A stretch of 64,000 nucleotides of DNA from the NCBI GenBank assembly GCA_903928115.1, contig CAIYPP010000074.1:1-64000 (forward strand). The letters run 5' to 3'. Positions 29,331 through 39,078 of this stretch are shown here, piece after piece. The translations under genes were made by a program, and so were the position numbers. Origin of the DNA: an uncultured Planctomycetota bacterium (GTDB lineage Bacteria > Planctomycetota > UBA1135 > GCA-002686595). A model generated the notes under the pieces. It searched no databases. It saw only the letters and a program-made list of their open reading frames with translations, and was not told where the DNA came from. How positions within the stretch are numbered: the stretch's first letter is position 1; each line of letters starts with the position of its first letter.

Positions 29331-30021
29331 GCGCGGCGCGCAGCTCGCGCGCAGCGGCGGCGGGATCGGACGCGAGCAGGATCGACGACGAGACGGCGGC
29401 GCGGCCGACCTCGGCGAGCTCAGCGGCCTCCGCGAGGCCGATGCCGCCGATCGGAAAGACGGGCACGAGCGTCGCCTGCGCCGCGACCCACGCCGCCTCG
29501 AAGCCCAGACCGCGCTCGTAGCCTTTCGTCGCCGTCGCGCACACCGGGCCGAAGCCGATGTAGTCCACGGGCTCGTCGATCGAGCGCACCACCTGCGCTG
29601 CGGAGTGCGTCGAGAGGCCGATCAGCGCCGCGGAGCCGAGCACGTCGCGCGCGACCTGGGGCGGCGTGTCGTCCTGCCCGATGTGGACGCCTGCGACACC
29701 ACGCTCCAAGTAGGTGCGCGCGACATCGACCCGATCGTTGACGATCACGAGCGCCTCCGAGCGCGCGCGGGCGACGAGGTCGAGGACGCGCTCGGTCCAC
29801 TCGGCGACGAGCCGCGCGTTGCTCTCAGCGGGCCGCGCGCCCGCGCGCAGCGGGTCGAGCCCCGACTCGCGTTCCTTGGGGCGCACCTGCACGAGGTCGA
29901 CGTACGGCAGCGCGGCTTCGAGCACCGCGAGCGGGTCCTGCGAGGTCACGAGCTGCGGCGTGAAGATGAGGTAGAGCCTCGCGGCGGCGAGGCGGCGGCG
30001 CAGTTCGGCGGAGTCGAGCAC
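29311..30021 (-). CDS. thiE: Thiamine-phosphate synthase ThiE
   Basis: LYLIFTP, VDLVQVRPKE and GVHIGQDD are conserved blocks; GIGLAEAAELAEVGRAAVSSSILLASDP resembles the ThiE C-terminal sequence. The start is uncertain (GTG 30021 or TTG 30057). The 3' end overlaps the queA stop by 20 nt, convergently. Confidence 0.8.
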   Translation of the reverse strand: MLDSAELRRRLAAARLYLIFTPQLVTSQDPLAVLEAALPYVDLVQVRPKERESGLDPLRAGARPAESNARLVAEWTERVLDLVARARSEALVIVNDRVDVARTYLERGVAGVHIGQDDTPPQVARDVLGSAALIGLSTHSAAQVVRSIDEPVDYIGFGPVCATATKGYERGLGFEAAWVAAQATLVPVFPIGGIGLAEAAELAEVGRAAVSSSILLASDPAAAARELRAALSALDS

Positions 30022-30077
30022 GCGCGCAGCGTAACGGTTCGCGCAGTCGCGGCCCAAGCGGAGCGCCGGAGCGTGCG

Positions 30078-31736
30078 ATGGCCTATCCTTGGAGGACCGT
30101 GGCGCTGCTCCCGCTGTTCTCGCTCCTCGCGCAGGCCCAAGTGCCGACGCCCGCGCCGTTCGTCGAGGACGCTGCGGCGCTCGCGGGGGTCGTGACGACC
30201 TGCGGATCGCGCGAGAAGCGCTACATCGTCGAGGTGGACGGCGGCGGACTCGCGCTGGCGGACTTCGACGGCGACCTCGACCTCGACCTCGTCGTCGTCG
30301 ACGGCTCGACGTTGCAGCGCATCGAGAAGGGCGAACTCGGCTTCCCGACCCGGCTCTTCTTGAACGATGGCAAGGGGCGCTTCGCGCTCGCGGGCGAGGC
30401 GTGGACGATGGTGCCGTCGCGCTGGGGCATGGGATGCGCCGTGGGCGACGTCGACGGCGATGGCTGGCTCGACCTGTACGTGACGCACTGGGGACGCGAC
30501 CAGCTCTTCCGCAATCTCGCGGGGCGCGGGTTCGCGCTGCGCGAGGTCGAGGCGCTCGCAGGAGACGAGCAGTGGGGCACGAGCGCGGCGTTCCTCGACT
30601 ACGACCGCGACGGCGCGCTCGACCTCGCACTCGTGAACTATCTGGAGTTCGACCTCGCGCGCATCCCCCCGCCCGGCGGCAGTTGCCGCTGGAAGGGAAT
30701 GGACGTCATGTGCGGGCCGGAGGGGCTCACTCCGACGCACGACCGCCTGCTGCGCAATGTGGGTGGCGAGCTGCGCGACGTGACCGAGGCGGCGCGGCTG
30801 CGGCCTGCGAGCGCGGGCTACGGGCTTGGGCTGGTCACGCTCGACTACGACCGCGACGGCGATACGGACCTGTACGTCGCGAACGACTCGACGCCGAACT
30901 TCCTGTGGGAGAACCAAGGTGACGGCACGTTCAAGGAGGTCGGGCTCGCGCGCGGCGTGAGCCACGACATGAACGGAAAGGAGCAGGCCGGCATGGGGAT
31001 CGCGGTCGGCGACCTCGACGGAGACGGGCGCGAAGACCTGCTCGTGACGAACTTCTCGGGCGAGAACAACGCGCTGTACATGTCGCGCGGCGCACGCGGA
31101 TTCAGCGAGCGCTCCGGCCCCGTCGGCATCGGCGGGCCGAGCGTCACGCGCTTGGGCTGGGGCACGGCGCTCGCCGATTTCGACCTCGACGGTCGGCTCG
31201 ACGCGTTCGTGCTCAACGGGCACGTCTATCCGGTGGCGGATCGACCGGGCACGGACACGAGCTACGCGCAGCCCGCGGACTTCTACCGCGGCATGGCCGA
31301 CGGCCGCATGCGCGTCGAGCCGCTCGTCGACGGTCCGCCGCGGGTGATGCGCGCGTCGACCTACGGGGACATCGACGGAGATGGAGATCTCGACATCGTC
31401 GGCGTCGAGCTCGACGGTGCCGTGCGCGTGCTCCGCAACCGTGCGCGCGAGCTGCACGCGTCACGTTCGTGGCTCGCGGTCGAGCTGCGCTCTGCGTCGG
31501 GCAACCGTTTCGCGCTCGGTGCGAGCGTGCGTTTCGAGTGGGACGGCGGAGCGCGCACGTGCGAAGTGCGAACGAGCGGCGGCTATCAATCGGCGATCGC
31601 GCCGCGCGTCCATGTGGGACTCGGCGGTGCGTCGCGTGCCAAGCGCGTCATCGCTCGCTGGCCGTCGGGGCGCGAGCGTGTGCTCGAAGACGTCGAGGGC
31701 GGGAAGCTCCTCGTGCTCGAGGAGCCGACCCTGTGA
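30078..31736 (+). CDS. CRTAC1-family secreted protein (FG-GAP/VCBS repeats plus ASPIC/UnbV domain)
   Basis: Signal peptide, repeated DxDGDG motifs (DFDGDLDLD, DVDGDGWLD, DYDRDGALD, DLDGDGRED, DIDGDGDLD), and C-terminal ASPIC-like GASVRFEWDGGARTCEVRTSGGYQS. Confidence 0.85.
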   Translation: MAYPWRTVALLPLFSLLAQAQVPTPAPFVEDAAALAGVVTTCGSREKRYIVEVDGGGLALADFDGDLDLDLVVVDGSTLQRIEKGELGFPTRLFLNDGKGRFALAGEAWTMVPSRWGMGCAVGDVDGDGWLDLYVTHWGRDQLFRNLAGRGFALREVEALAGDEQWGTSAAFLDYDRDGALDLALVNYLEFDLARIPPPGGSCRWKGMDVMCGPEGLTPTHDRLLRNVGGELRDVTEAARLRPASAGYGLGLVTLDYDRDGDTDLYVANDSTPNFLWENQGDGTFKEVGLARGVSHDMNGKEQAGMGIAVGDLDGDGREDLLVTNFSGENNALYMSRGARGFSERSGPVGIGGPSVTRLGWGTALADFDLDGRLDAFVLNGHVYPVADRPGTDTSYAQPADFYRGMADGRMRVEPLVDGPPRVMRASTYGDIDGDGDLDIVGVELDGAVRVLRNRARELHASRSWLAVELRSASGNRFALGASVRFEWDGGARTCEVRTSGGYQSAIAPRVHVGLGGASRAKRVIARWPSGRERVLEDVEGGKLLVLEEPTL

Positions 31737-32854
31737 TCGCGCTCGCGTTGCAGCTCGTGCTCGCGCTGGGGCCGCTCGCGGCTCAGACGAAGGAGCTGCG
31801 CGCCGAGATCCTCGCGCGCGACTTCGGCTCGCTGCCGCGGGCCGCGGAGGGGCGTTGGAGTCAGTGGAAGCCCGCCGACGCGATTCCTGCGGAGCTCGCA
31901 GAGAACATGGGCGCCGCGCTCGCGGCCTATCGCGAGGCGGACTACGCGGAGTCGCTGCTCCGACTCGAGCGCGTGCTCGCGCGCGAGGCAGACTTTCCGC
32001 CGGGGCTGTACCAGCTCGGTGCGACGTACTTCCGGCTGCGGCGGTACGGTGACGGCGCGCAGGCGTTCGAGCGTTTTCTGAGCGCGGCCCCGCAGGAAGT
32101 GGGGGCGACGCAGGGGCTCGGGCACTGCTATTACTCGCTCGGAGACTACGCGCGGGCCCAGGCGCACTACGCGAAGGTGCTGGCGGCGGCGCCGACCAGC
32201 GTCGAGGCGTGGCGTGGGCTGGGGCTCGCGCAGCTGAGGCAGGGAGACGCCGCGGCGGCGCTCGAGAGCCTCGATCGCTCGCTCGCGCTACGGCCGGACT
32301 ACGCCGATGCGCTCGCGTGGCGTGCGCAGGCGCTGGTCGATCTCGGTCGCGCGGGCGAAGCGCTCTTGCCGTTGCAGCGTTCGCTCGAGCTCGCGCCGCA
32401 CGACGCGCGCAGCTGGTTCCTCTTTGCGCAGCTGCAGTCGGAGCTCGGTCGCGAAGAAGCCGCGGAGTCCGCGCGCGGGCGCTTCGCCGAGCTCTCGCGG
32501 ATCGAGCAGGAAGTGCGCGCGCAAGAAGGGTTGCTGCTGTACGAGCCCTGCGCGGCCGAGCCGCTCTCCAAGCTCGTGATGCTGCATGTTGCGGCGCGCA
32601 ACAAGGCGGAGCTGCGCGACGTCGGCGCGCGGTGGCTGCGCTGCGCGCCGCCAGAGCGGCTCGATGTGCGCCTGCAGGTGCTCGACGCGGCCACAAAGCT
32701 CGCGGACCTCGAGCTCGCCGCGCGGGTTGCGGCAGAGCTCGAGGCCCGCTTCTCGGGAAGCGTCGAGGCGTGGGAGGCCCTCGAACGCTACTTCCGCGCG
32801 CGCGGCGACGTGGGACGAGCCGACGCGGCGCGGGAGAAGAGCCGCAGCCGCTGA
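31733..32854 (+). CDS. Tetratricopeptide-repeat protein
   Basis: GTG start overlapping the CRTAC1 stop. Repeated W-LG-Y-A-F-A-P TPR signatures. Confidence 0.7.
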   Translation: MIALALQLVLALGPLAAQTKELRAEILARDFGSLPRAAEGRWSQWKPADAIPAELAENMGAALAAYREADYAESLLRLERVLAREADFPPGLYQLGATYFRLRRYGDGAQAFERFLSAAPQEVGATQGLGHCYYSLGDYARAQAHYAKVLAAAPTSVEAWRGLGLAQLRQGDAAAALESLDRSLALRPDYADALAWRAQALVDLGRAGEALLPLQRSLELAPHDARSWFLFAQLQSELGREEAAESARGRFAELSRIEQEVRAQEGLLLYEPCAAEPLSKLVMLHVAARNKAELRDVGARWLRCAPPERLDVRLQVLDAATKLADLELAARVAAELEARFSGSVEAWEALERYFRARGDVGRADAAREKSRSR

Positions 32855-32903
32855 GCACGCCCGATGGGACTCTGGGCGAGCGCGAGCGGCCGCGGTGTTT
32901 CGA

Positions 32904-33122
32904 TCAGGCCGTCTCCTTCTTGTCGCCCTTGCGCGGACGGCCGCTCTTGGGCTTGCGCTCCTGGATCTTCTCGTGGAACGCCTTCCAGTCACCCTCGGAG
33001 AACAGGCGCACTTCCTGGCCGCACTCGGCGCAGTAGCTGCGCTCGAGGCTCATCAGGTAGGGGACGTAGCGGTTGCAGTGGGCGCAGAACTTGCGGTCGT
33101 TGTAGTAGTCGTTGAGTTCCAT
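32904..33122 (-). CDS. Small zinc-ribbon protein (72 aa)
   Basis: CAHCNRY ... CAECGQ gives two CxxC pairs. It has a Lys-rich tail and high GC3, so it is probably genuine despite its size. Confidence 0.6.
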   Translation of the reverse strand: MELNDYYNDRKFCAHCNRYVPYLMSLERSYCAECGQEVRLFSEGDWKAFHEKIQERKPKSGRPRKGDKKETA

Positions 33123-33224
33123 CGTCGTGCCTCGTCGCTTCGGTGTTCGGGGTCGTGTGCGGTGTTCGCTGGGAGGAGGAGCAAGCGGCTGGCCAAGACC
33201 GCGGACGCGGCTCCGACTTTATGA

Positions 33225-33253
33225 CGTAAGTTGTTTTGAATCAGACACTTACG
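33225..33253. promoter_or_regulatory. AT-rich inverted repeat (CGTAAGT-N15-ACTTACG) in the promoter region of the zinc-ribbon gene
   Basis: An AT-rich island (33216-33262) in an otherwise 70% GC context, about 100 bp upstream of the minus-strand start at 33122. Confidence 0.3.
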
Positions 33254-33476
33254 AATTCGGATTTCCTTCCGCAGGCGGTGGGACGAGCCCCTTCTCGGCG
33301 TTCAGAAAACTCGACGTTGCGCGAACGCGGAGCGGCCACGGCGCGGGTATCCGGCGGGTATGGCTCGCAGGGAGTCGACGTAAGCTCTTGTCCAGAAATG
33401 GCTTACGGATCGGCGTGCAGTCGATGTCGCGCCGCGTGGACGCTCGGCGCCTCGACGTCGAGCTTTCTCGACGCGC

Positions 33477-34589
33477 CTAGGGACGCTCGGCGAGGGTGCG
33501 CAGCATGCCGCCCCGGGCGAGCGGGTCGGTCTCGGAGCGCAGCGCGCGTTCCACAGCCTCAACCTGAGCGTACCCCGTCGCGAGCGCCCAGGCAGCGGCT
33601 TCGCGGACGATTGCCGAGGGATCGAAGCTGAGCGCGTGGAGGAGCACCGACTCGCCTTCGGCAGTCGGCGCGTTGCCGAGCACGATCGCGCCATTGCGGG
33701 CGAGGCCCTCGCGGCCTGCGCGCTGCAGCGCCGAGCCGGAGAGCTCCTGCGCAACCTGCGCGTCGGAGCTGAAGCTGATCCAGCGTTCGACTCCGCGCTC
33801 GAGGCTTGGGTGCAGGCCGAAGCGCGCACCGAGGTCGGGTGCCTTCGCGCCCCACGGACAGACCTCGGAGCAGATGTCGCAGCCGAAGGCCCAGCTTCCG
33901 ACGGAGCGCCGCAGCTCGTGCGGAATTGCCGAGCGATTCTCGATCGTTTGGTAGCTGATGCACTTCCCCGCGTCGACGCGGCCCGGAGCGAGGATCGCTC
34001 CCGACGGGCAGGCGTCGAGGCAGGCCGTGCAGGTGCCGCACGAGCCCGCAGGAGCTGTCGCCGTGGGTTCGAGCTCCGTGTCGAGAACGAGCTCGCCTAG
34101 GAAGAACCACGGTCCGAACGCGGGGTGGAGGAGGTTCGCTGCCTTCGAAGCGAAGCCGATGCCGGCCTCGGCGGCGTGCGAGCGCTCGAGCAGTGGGGCC
34201 GCGTCGACGGCGGCGCGAGCCGGGTCGGCGCGCGGGATCAGGCCCTCGCCTTGCAGACGGCGCCGCAGCTTGCGCAGCCGCTTCTGGAGCACGTTGTGGT
34301 AGTCGCGTCCGAGCGCGTAGCGGGCGACGTGAGCTCCCCCAGGCAGCGACGGCGCTGGGCGTGCATGGGCGAGGCCGACCACGAGCAGCGAGCGCCCGCG
34401 CGGTGCGTCGAGGCGTGGGTCGAGGATGCGCTCGGCGTCGCGCGCGAGGTAGTCGAGCCCCGCGTGGTGGCCACGCGCGAGCCAATCGCGGAAGTGCTCC
34501 GCATCCCGCGGCGGGCGGAGCGGAGCGATCCCGGCGAGGTCGAAGCCGCTCTCGCGGGCGAGTTCCAGAGCGCGTTGGGCGGCGTTCAT
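33477..34589 (-). CDS. queG: Epoxyqueuosine reductase QueG (cobalamin-dependent, 4Fe-4S)
   Basis: 370 aa. CGTCTACLDACP and CDICSEVCPWG are ferredoxin-type Cys clusters, and the N-terminal DUF1730-like region and C-terminal HEAT-like repeats are typical of QueG. Confidence 0.85.
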   Translation of the reverse strand: MNAAQRALELARESGFDLAGIAPLRPPRDAEHFRDWLARGHHAGLDYLARDAERILDPRLDAPRGRSLLVVGLAHARPAPSLPGGAHVARYALGRDYHNVLQKRLRKLRRRLQGEGLIPRADPARAAVDAAPLLERSHAAEAGIGFASKAANLLHPAFGPWFFLGELVLDTELEPTATAPAGSCGTCTACLDACPSGAILAPGRVDAGKCISYQTIENRSAIPHELRRSVGSWAFGCDICSEVCPWGAKAPDLGARFGLHPSLERGVERWISFSSDAQVAQELSGSALQRAGREGLARNGAIVLGNAPTAEGESVLLHALSFDPSAIVREAAAWALATGYAQVEAVERALRSETDPLARGGMLRTLAERP

Positions 34590-34906
34590 GGGCGGAGACG
34601 CATTGTGCGCGGGGAATGCGGCGCGGGGCCTGGAGACTTCTCATCCGCTGCTAAGTCTTGGCCTCGCATGGGCTTGAGACGTCGCGCCCGCTCTTTTTCA
34701 CGCTTTTCGGGGCAACCGATCGGTAGGCCGCGGTAACCGGCCGTTTCGCCGGATCTAGAATCGCGTCGCGAGACAACCTCTCCGCTGCGGCCACCCTCCG
34801 CAGCCGGAAGCCGGTGGTCGCGCGGCCCGAGTTCCCTGCCCGACTCTCCACTTCTCCGACGCTCTTCACCCAAGGGCTCGGGGGCATCCCCTGTCCGCGG
34901 AGCACG

Positions 34907-35797
34907 ATGCTCGACGCAGACCGCCAGCGCCAACTCGAACACGGCGCGGTCGCCTCCCCGAAGGGGATTGCGCCCGTGTCGTTGAGGGATCGCGTCGCCG
35001 CTCTGAGCACGGAACTGCCCGGGGGTGAGCTGCAGCGGATGCTCGCCCTCCTCGATGGGCCGGAGCGCACGCCGGAGTCTCTGCGCGACGCGGTGTCGAC
35101 GCGCTTGATGGAGAGCTTCCGCTGCGCGAGCGGGCGCGCGGTCTTCGGTCTGCTCTACGAGCTCAACTCGGAGCACCTGCTCGTTCAGGTCGCGCACTGT
35201 CTGCGCCGCTACGGCAGCAAGTCGGACCCGCGCGACGTCCTGCAGGAAGTCTTCTTCAACGTCTACCGCTATCCGCACCGCTTCAACGCCGAGCGCGAGG
35301 ACGCCTTCCGCGTCTGGACGGCGATGATCGTGCGCAACACGGTGCTCAAGCACCTGCGGGCCCAAGGGCGCGCCGGTCGGCACGAGGTCGCGTTCGAAGA
35401 CCTCTCGGAGCAACCGCAGACGGGCGCGCTGCGGCCGGAGGAGGGGCTCGTCGATCAGGAGGCGACGGCGGAGTGCGGCCGCGTCTACCTGACGTACCTG
35501 CACCTCTACCTGCGCTTCTACTCGATGCTGAGCCCGCGCGAGCGCTCGGCGATCCACATGGTCGAGGTCGAAGAGCTGAGCTACCGCGCTGCGGCCGAGC
35601 GGCTCGGCATCAAGCTCGAGAACCTCAAGATGGTCATCTTCCGCGCGCGTCGGAAGATCCATCGCGCGATGCAGCGCGTGTTCGAGGGGCAGCCCGCCGA
35701 GTGCCGCCCCGCGCGCGATCCCCGCAACAACCTCGAGGCCTCCGCCGCGGATCGAGCCGCGGCCGGAGTCTCGGAGGAGGACGACGATGGCGAGTGA
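34907..35797 (+). CDS. ECF-family RNA polymerase sigma factor (sigma-70 regions 2 and 4)
   Basis: Region 2 is DVLQEVFFNVYRY and region 4 is LSPRERSAIHMVEVEELSYRAAAERLGIKLENLKMVIFRARRKI. The ORF-track start at 34814 is probably too far upstream. Confidence 0.8.
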   Translation: MLDADRQRQLEHGAVASPKGIAPVSLRDRVAALSTELPGGELQRMLALLDGPERTPESLRDAVSTRLMESFRCASGRAVFGLLYELNSEHLLVQVAHCLRRYGSKSDPRDVLQEVFFNVYRYPHRFNAEREDAFRVWTAMIVRNTVLKHLRAQGRAGRHEVAFEDLSEQPQTGALRPEEGLVDQEATAECGRVYLTYLHLYLRFYSMLSPRERSAIHMVEVEELSYRAAAERLGIKLENLKMVIFRARRKIHRAMQRVFEGQPAECRPARDPRNNLEASAADRAAAGVSEEDDDGE

Positions 35798-36845
35798 ATG
35801 GAACCAAGACGGCTTCGGCGCGGGGGCGGAGGTCTGCGAGCTGTTCCAGCTCGACCTCTCCTGCCTCGTCGACGGAGAGATCGACGAGCCCGCGTCGGCG
35901 CGGGCGCTCGTCCACCTCGAAGAGTGCGCGACCTGCCGCGCCTTCTTCGATGACACGCGACGCTGTGTGCGTCTGCACCGCGATGTCGCCGACCCCGAGC
36001 GGCTGCTCGCGCACATCACGAGCCTCACCGGCTCCGCGCTCTACGCGAAGGCCTCCTCCTTCGAGCTCGTCCACAAGCTCGCCACGATCTTCTACCAGCT
36101 CGGCAAGGCCTACGTCCTCGCCGGGACGCGCCCCGACTGGCTGCGTACGCACGTGTTCGAGCCCGCGGTCGAGGTCGACCCCATCCAGAACGAAGGCCAG
36201 CGCTTCGTCGACGGGGTGCTCGCGGACCTCGATCCCGAGGCCCCGAGCGACGTCGACTGGGGCCACGCGCGCTCGATGCTCAACGGCCGCCTGAAGGAGA
36301 TCGTGTCGCCCGTCGAGAAGGGGCGGCGCCTGCTCGAAGAGGCCGTCGCCGCGGATCCGTCGCACGAGGAAGCACGCCTGTACATCGCGTACCTGCACGC
36401 GGTCGAGGGCAAGAAGCTCCAAGCCGCGCGCGAGTTCGGCGAGGTCTTCGACAGCGCCATGGCGGAGTCGAACCGCGGACATGCTGCGGTGCAGCTCGGC
36501 CAGCTCTATGTCAGCGAAGGCGACCACCGTCGCGCGCTCTCGTACTTCCGCTGGGTCTCGATGGCCGGGCTCGAGGCCCGCGACGAGCGCTTCTACTTCG
36601 TTTTGTTCAACATCGGTGTGATGTACGCGCAAATGCGCGACCAGCGCCGGTCGGTGAACTACTTCCGCGCGCTGCTCGACCGCCACCCGGCGCGTCGAGA
36701 CGCGGTGCAACAACTGTTCGCTGCGGCCTCCGGGCTGCATCGAGCGATCGACAACCAACCCGGCTTCGGCGAGCGACTCGTCGCGGCGTGCCCCGAGCTC
36801 TTCCACTCGGGCCCCGCGAACGGGAGCGACGGACACGCCGCCTGA
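35787..36845 (+). CDS. Anti-sigma factor (zf-HC2 N-terminus) with C-terminal TPR-like region
   Basis: HLEECATCRAFF is the H-x3-C-x2-C anti-sigma zinc motif. It overlaps the sigma gene by 11 nt. Confidence 0.75.
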   Translation: MASEWNQDGFGAGAEVCELFQLDLSCLVDGEIDEPASARALVHLEECATCRAFFDDTRRCVRLHRDVADPERLLAHITSLTGSALYAKASSFELVHKLATIFYQLGKAYVLAGTRPDWLRTHVFEPAVEVDPIQNEGQRFVDGVLADLDPEAPSDVDWGHARSMLNGRLKEIVSPVEKGRRLLEEAVAADPSHEEARLYIAYLHAVEGKKLQAAREFGEVFDSAMAESNRGHAAVQLGQLYVSEGDHRRALSYFRWVSMAGLEARDERFYFVLFNIGVMYAQMRDQRRSVNYFRALLDRHPARRDAVQQLFAAASGLHRAIDNQPGFGERLVAACPELFHSGPANGSDGHAA

Positions 36846-36868
36846 CGGAGCTGAGGAGGACGGATTCC

Positions 36869-37534
36869 ATGAGACAGACTTCACTTCGAACGCGCAGCGG
36901 GCAGGGCACGCGCCGCGGACTCTTGTCCGCGCTCGGCCTCGGCGCGCTCGCGCTCGCCGCGACCCTCGGGTTCGTCGGCGCGACGGACCAACCGATGCAG
37001 CTTGGAGGCACCGGCGGAGACACCGTCGGCAGCCTGCCGATGATGGCGCCGCCGCCCCCGTCGAACTCGGGCGAGTCGGGCTCCCTCAACAACACGATCG
37101 GCCCCGATCGTCCCGCCTTCGCGCTCGTCGGCTACGAGTCGGAGATCCTCGCGGTCATCGTCGACGCGTATCCCACGGGCCCCGACGGCGCCTTCGAGCG
37201 CGTCGAGCTCCCGAATGGGCGCGTGCGCTACCAGTTCCTCGGCCGCATGAACGTGCTGCTCGATCGCACGCTGATGGCTCAGGGCCGTGTTCGCGGTCAG
37301 ATGGTGGTGGGCATGCCCTTCGTCGGCGGCGTCGCCACGCTCTCGGTGGCGAACATTCCGCGAGCGAGCGAGCCGCTCGCGCTCGGCGCCCGCGAACTGA
37401 AGGTCCAGCAGCTCGACGCGTCGGGCGCGCTCGATCAGGTCTTCCGCTGGCACGGCGTCAGCCTCGCGAACCGCCATCGCGTGACCTACATCAAGGCCGT
37501 GGGGAACATCCTGCGCGTCGAACAACGCGACTGA
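36869..37534 (+). CDS. Secreted hypothetical protein (Tat-like signal)
   Basis: GGAGGA SD, then MRQTSLRTRSGQGTRRGLLSALGLGALALAA (an RRxLL twin-arginine-like motif), and high GC3. Confidence 0.6.
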   Translation: MRQTSLRTRSGQGTRRGLLSALGLGALALAATLGFVGATDQPMQLGGTGGDTVGSLPMMAPPPPSNSGESGSLNNTIGPDRPAFALVGYESEILAVIVDAYPTGPDGAFERVELPNGRVRYQFLGRMNVLLDRTLMAQGRVRGQMVVGMPFVGGVATLSVANIPRASEPLALGARELKVQQLDASGALDQVFRWHGVSLANRHRVTYIKAVGNILRVEQRD

Positions 37535-37564
37535 CCCCCCGCCGCTCGGGGTTGCGCTCCCTTG

Positions 37565-37602
37565 CGCGCCCGGCTCACCGCGAGCCGGGCGCGTCTTTTT
37601 TT
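37565..37602 (+). terminator. Strong rho-independent terminator
   Basis: 12-bp perfect GC stem CGCGCCCGGCTC / GAGCCGGGCGCG with loop ACCGC, followed by TCTTTTTTT. It lies 30 bp after the stop at 37534. Confidence 0.8.
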
Positions 37603-37677
37603 CCGCTCTGCCGGAGTCGCGGGGCGCGAACTCGAGCGTGGGGCTCATGCTGCGGCGGGGGCCTCCGACAACCGCAG

Positions 37678-39078
37678 ATGATGGACCCTGTCTTCCTGCA
37701 GGGCAGCCGTCCCCGCGGGGCGGCGGCCAGCGATCCCGGCGCAGCGCTGCGTCAGGGGCGCGTCGTCGCCGGAGAGGTGATCGCCGTCGGAACAGGCGGC
37801 TCGGTGGTGGTCGGCGTGGGGCGCGAGCGCGTCCATGCGACGAGCGCGGCGGGCTTGGAGCCGGGACGGCGGTATCTCTTCGAGCTGCACGGACAGGGCG
37901 CGGGCGCCGAGCTGCGCGCGCTCGCGGGGCAGTCCGCGGGCGAGTCGGCGCTGCTGTCGACCTTGCGCGCAGCGCTCGGTGCGGAGGCGCCGCTGGGGCT
38001 CGTCCTCGACCAACTCGATCGCGAGCTGCGCGAGTCTGCGGAGGGTCGTCAGCGCGAAACGCACGAGCGGCTGCGCCAAGGCATCGCGCGGGCGACGTTC
38101 TCGCCCACGGATTCCGGCTCGGCGCTCGCAGCGGCACTGCGCGAGAGCGGGCAATGCTACGAGGCGCGCTGGCTCGCGCAGGGCGTTCGTGCGTTGGGAT
38201 CGCGCGCCGAGGAGCTCGCGAACGAGCTCGCGACGGCGCTGATGGCCGACTGGGTCGGCGAGGCCGACGCGGGTGCGTTCGCGGACGCGTTGCAGCGGGC
38301 CCTGCGTGACGAGCTCGCGGTGGGGGCGTCGCACGTGCAAGGGCGCGGTCCGAGCTTGGGCGCGCTCCTCGAACGAGCGTTGCTGCGCGTGCCGCCGACG
38401 CTGCAGCGAGACGATCTCTTGAGATCCCTGCGCGCGTTCGAGCTCGACACGTTGCCGCGCCCGCTCCGCGAGGAACTCGCGAGCGCCTTGTGCGGCGATT
38501 CGTCGCGTGTCGCGCGCTCCGCGATCGAGCCGGTCGTGGTGCTCGCTGGAGATCTGAAGTGCCAGCTTCTGCGGGCGCGCGAGGAGCTCGAGCCCGGCGC
38601 GACGCGCAAGGCCGTCGAGCGCGCGCTGGCCGCGATCGAGGCGGAGCAGTGGATCAACGTCGCGCGGCAGGCCGCGCACTTGCCGTCGCACTGGAGTCTG
38701 CCGATCCGCAGCGGCGAGCGCTGGGATACAGCTCACCTCTTCGTGCATCGGGCGGCGTTTCGCGCGCTCGACGCCGCGGCGGGCAGCCCAATTTCTCGGC
38801 GCTTCGCGTTGGCGAGGGAGCTGCGCGGGCTCGGAGTGGTGCAAGTCGATGCGCTGCTCGACCCGCAGCAACTTTCCCTGCGCATCGTTGCGCCGAGCGG
38901 AAGCGCGCTGGAGATCCTGCGCTGTCGTCTTTCGGAGCTTGAAGCTCTGCTCGCGCGCGGCGGTCGCAGCGTGCGTGTCTCGGTCGCGCTCGCGAGCGGC
39001 GACCCTGCGGTCGGCGTCGATCCCGTTCGTGCGCTGGCCTACCTCTCGGACCACAACGTGCTCGACATCGCCGTATGA
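37678..39078 (+). CDS. Hypothetical protein
   Basis: 467 aa from the MMDPVF start. The ORF-track start at 37552 is rejected because it would read through the terminator. High GC3 and realistic amino-acid composition. No family recognised. Confidence 0.5.
   Translation: MMDPVFLQGSRPRGAAASDPGAALRQGRVVAGEVIAVGTGGSVVVGVGRERVHATSAAGLEPGRRYLFELHGQGAGAELRALAGQSAGESALLSTLRAALGAEAPLGLVLDQLDRELRESAEGRQRETHERLRQGIARATFSPTDSGSALAAALRESGQCYEARWLAQGVRALGSRAEELANELATALMADWVGEADAGAFADALQRALRDELAVGASHVQGRGPSLGALLERALLRVPPTLQRDDLLRSLRAFELDTLPRPLREELASALCGDSSRVARSAIEPVVVLAGDLKCQLLRAREELEPGATRKAVERALAAIEAEQWINVARQAAHLPSHWSLPIRSGERWDTAHLFVHRAAFRALDAAAGSPISRRFALARELRGLGVVQVDALLDPQQLSLRIVAPSGSALEILRCRLSELEALLARGGRSVRVSVALASGDPAVGVDPVRALAYLSDHNVLDIAV

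Noticed and set aside
34590-34906. ECF-type autoregulatory promoter (GGAAC-N16-CGTT) upstream of the sigma gene
   Set aside because: The only candidates (GCAACC ... CGTTTC around 34715-34760) have the wrong spacing, so no promoter was called.
37552-37677. ORF-track N-terminal extension of the 37678..39078 gene
   Set aside because: The extension would translate straight through a 12-bp GC hairpin plus T9 intrinsic terminator (37565-37602), so the start was moved downstream to the MM at 37678.
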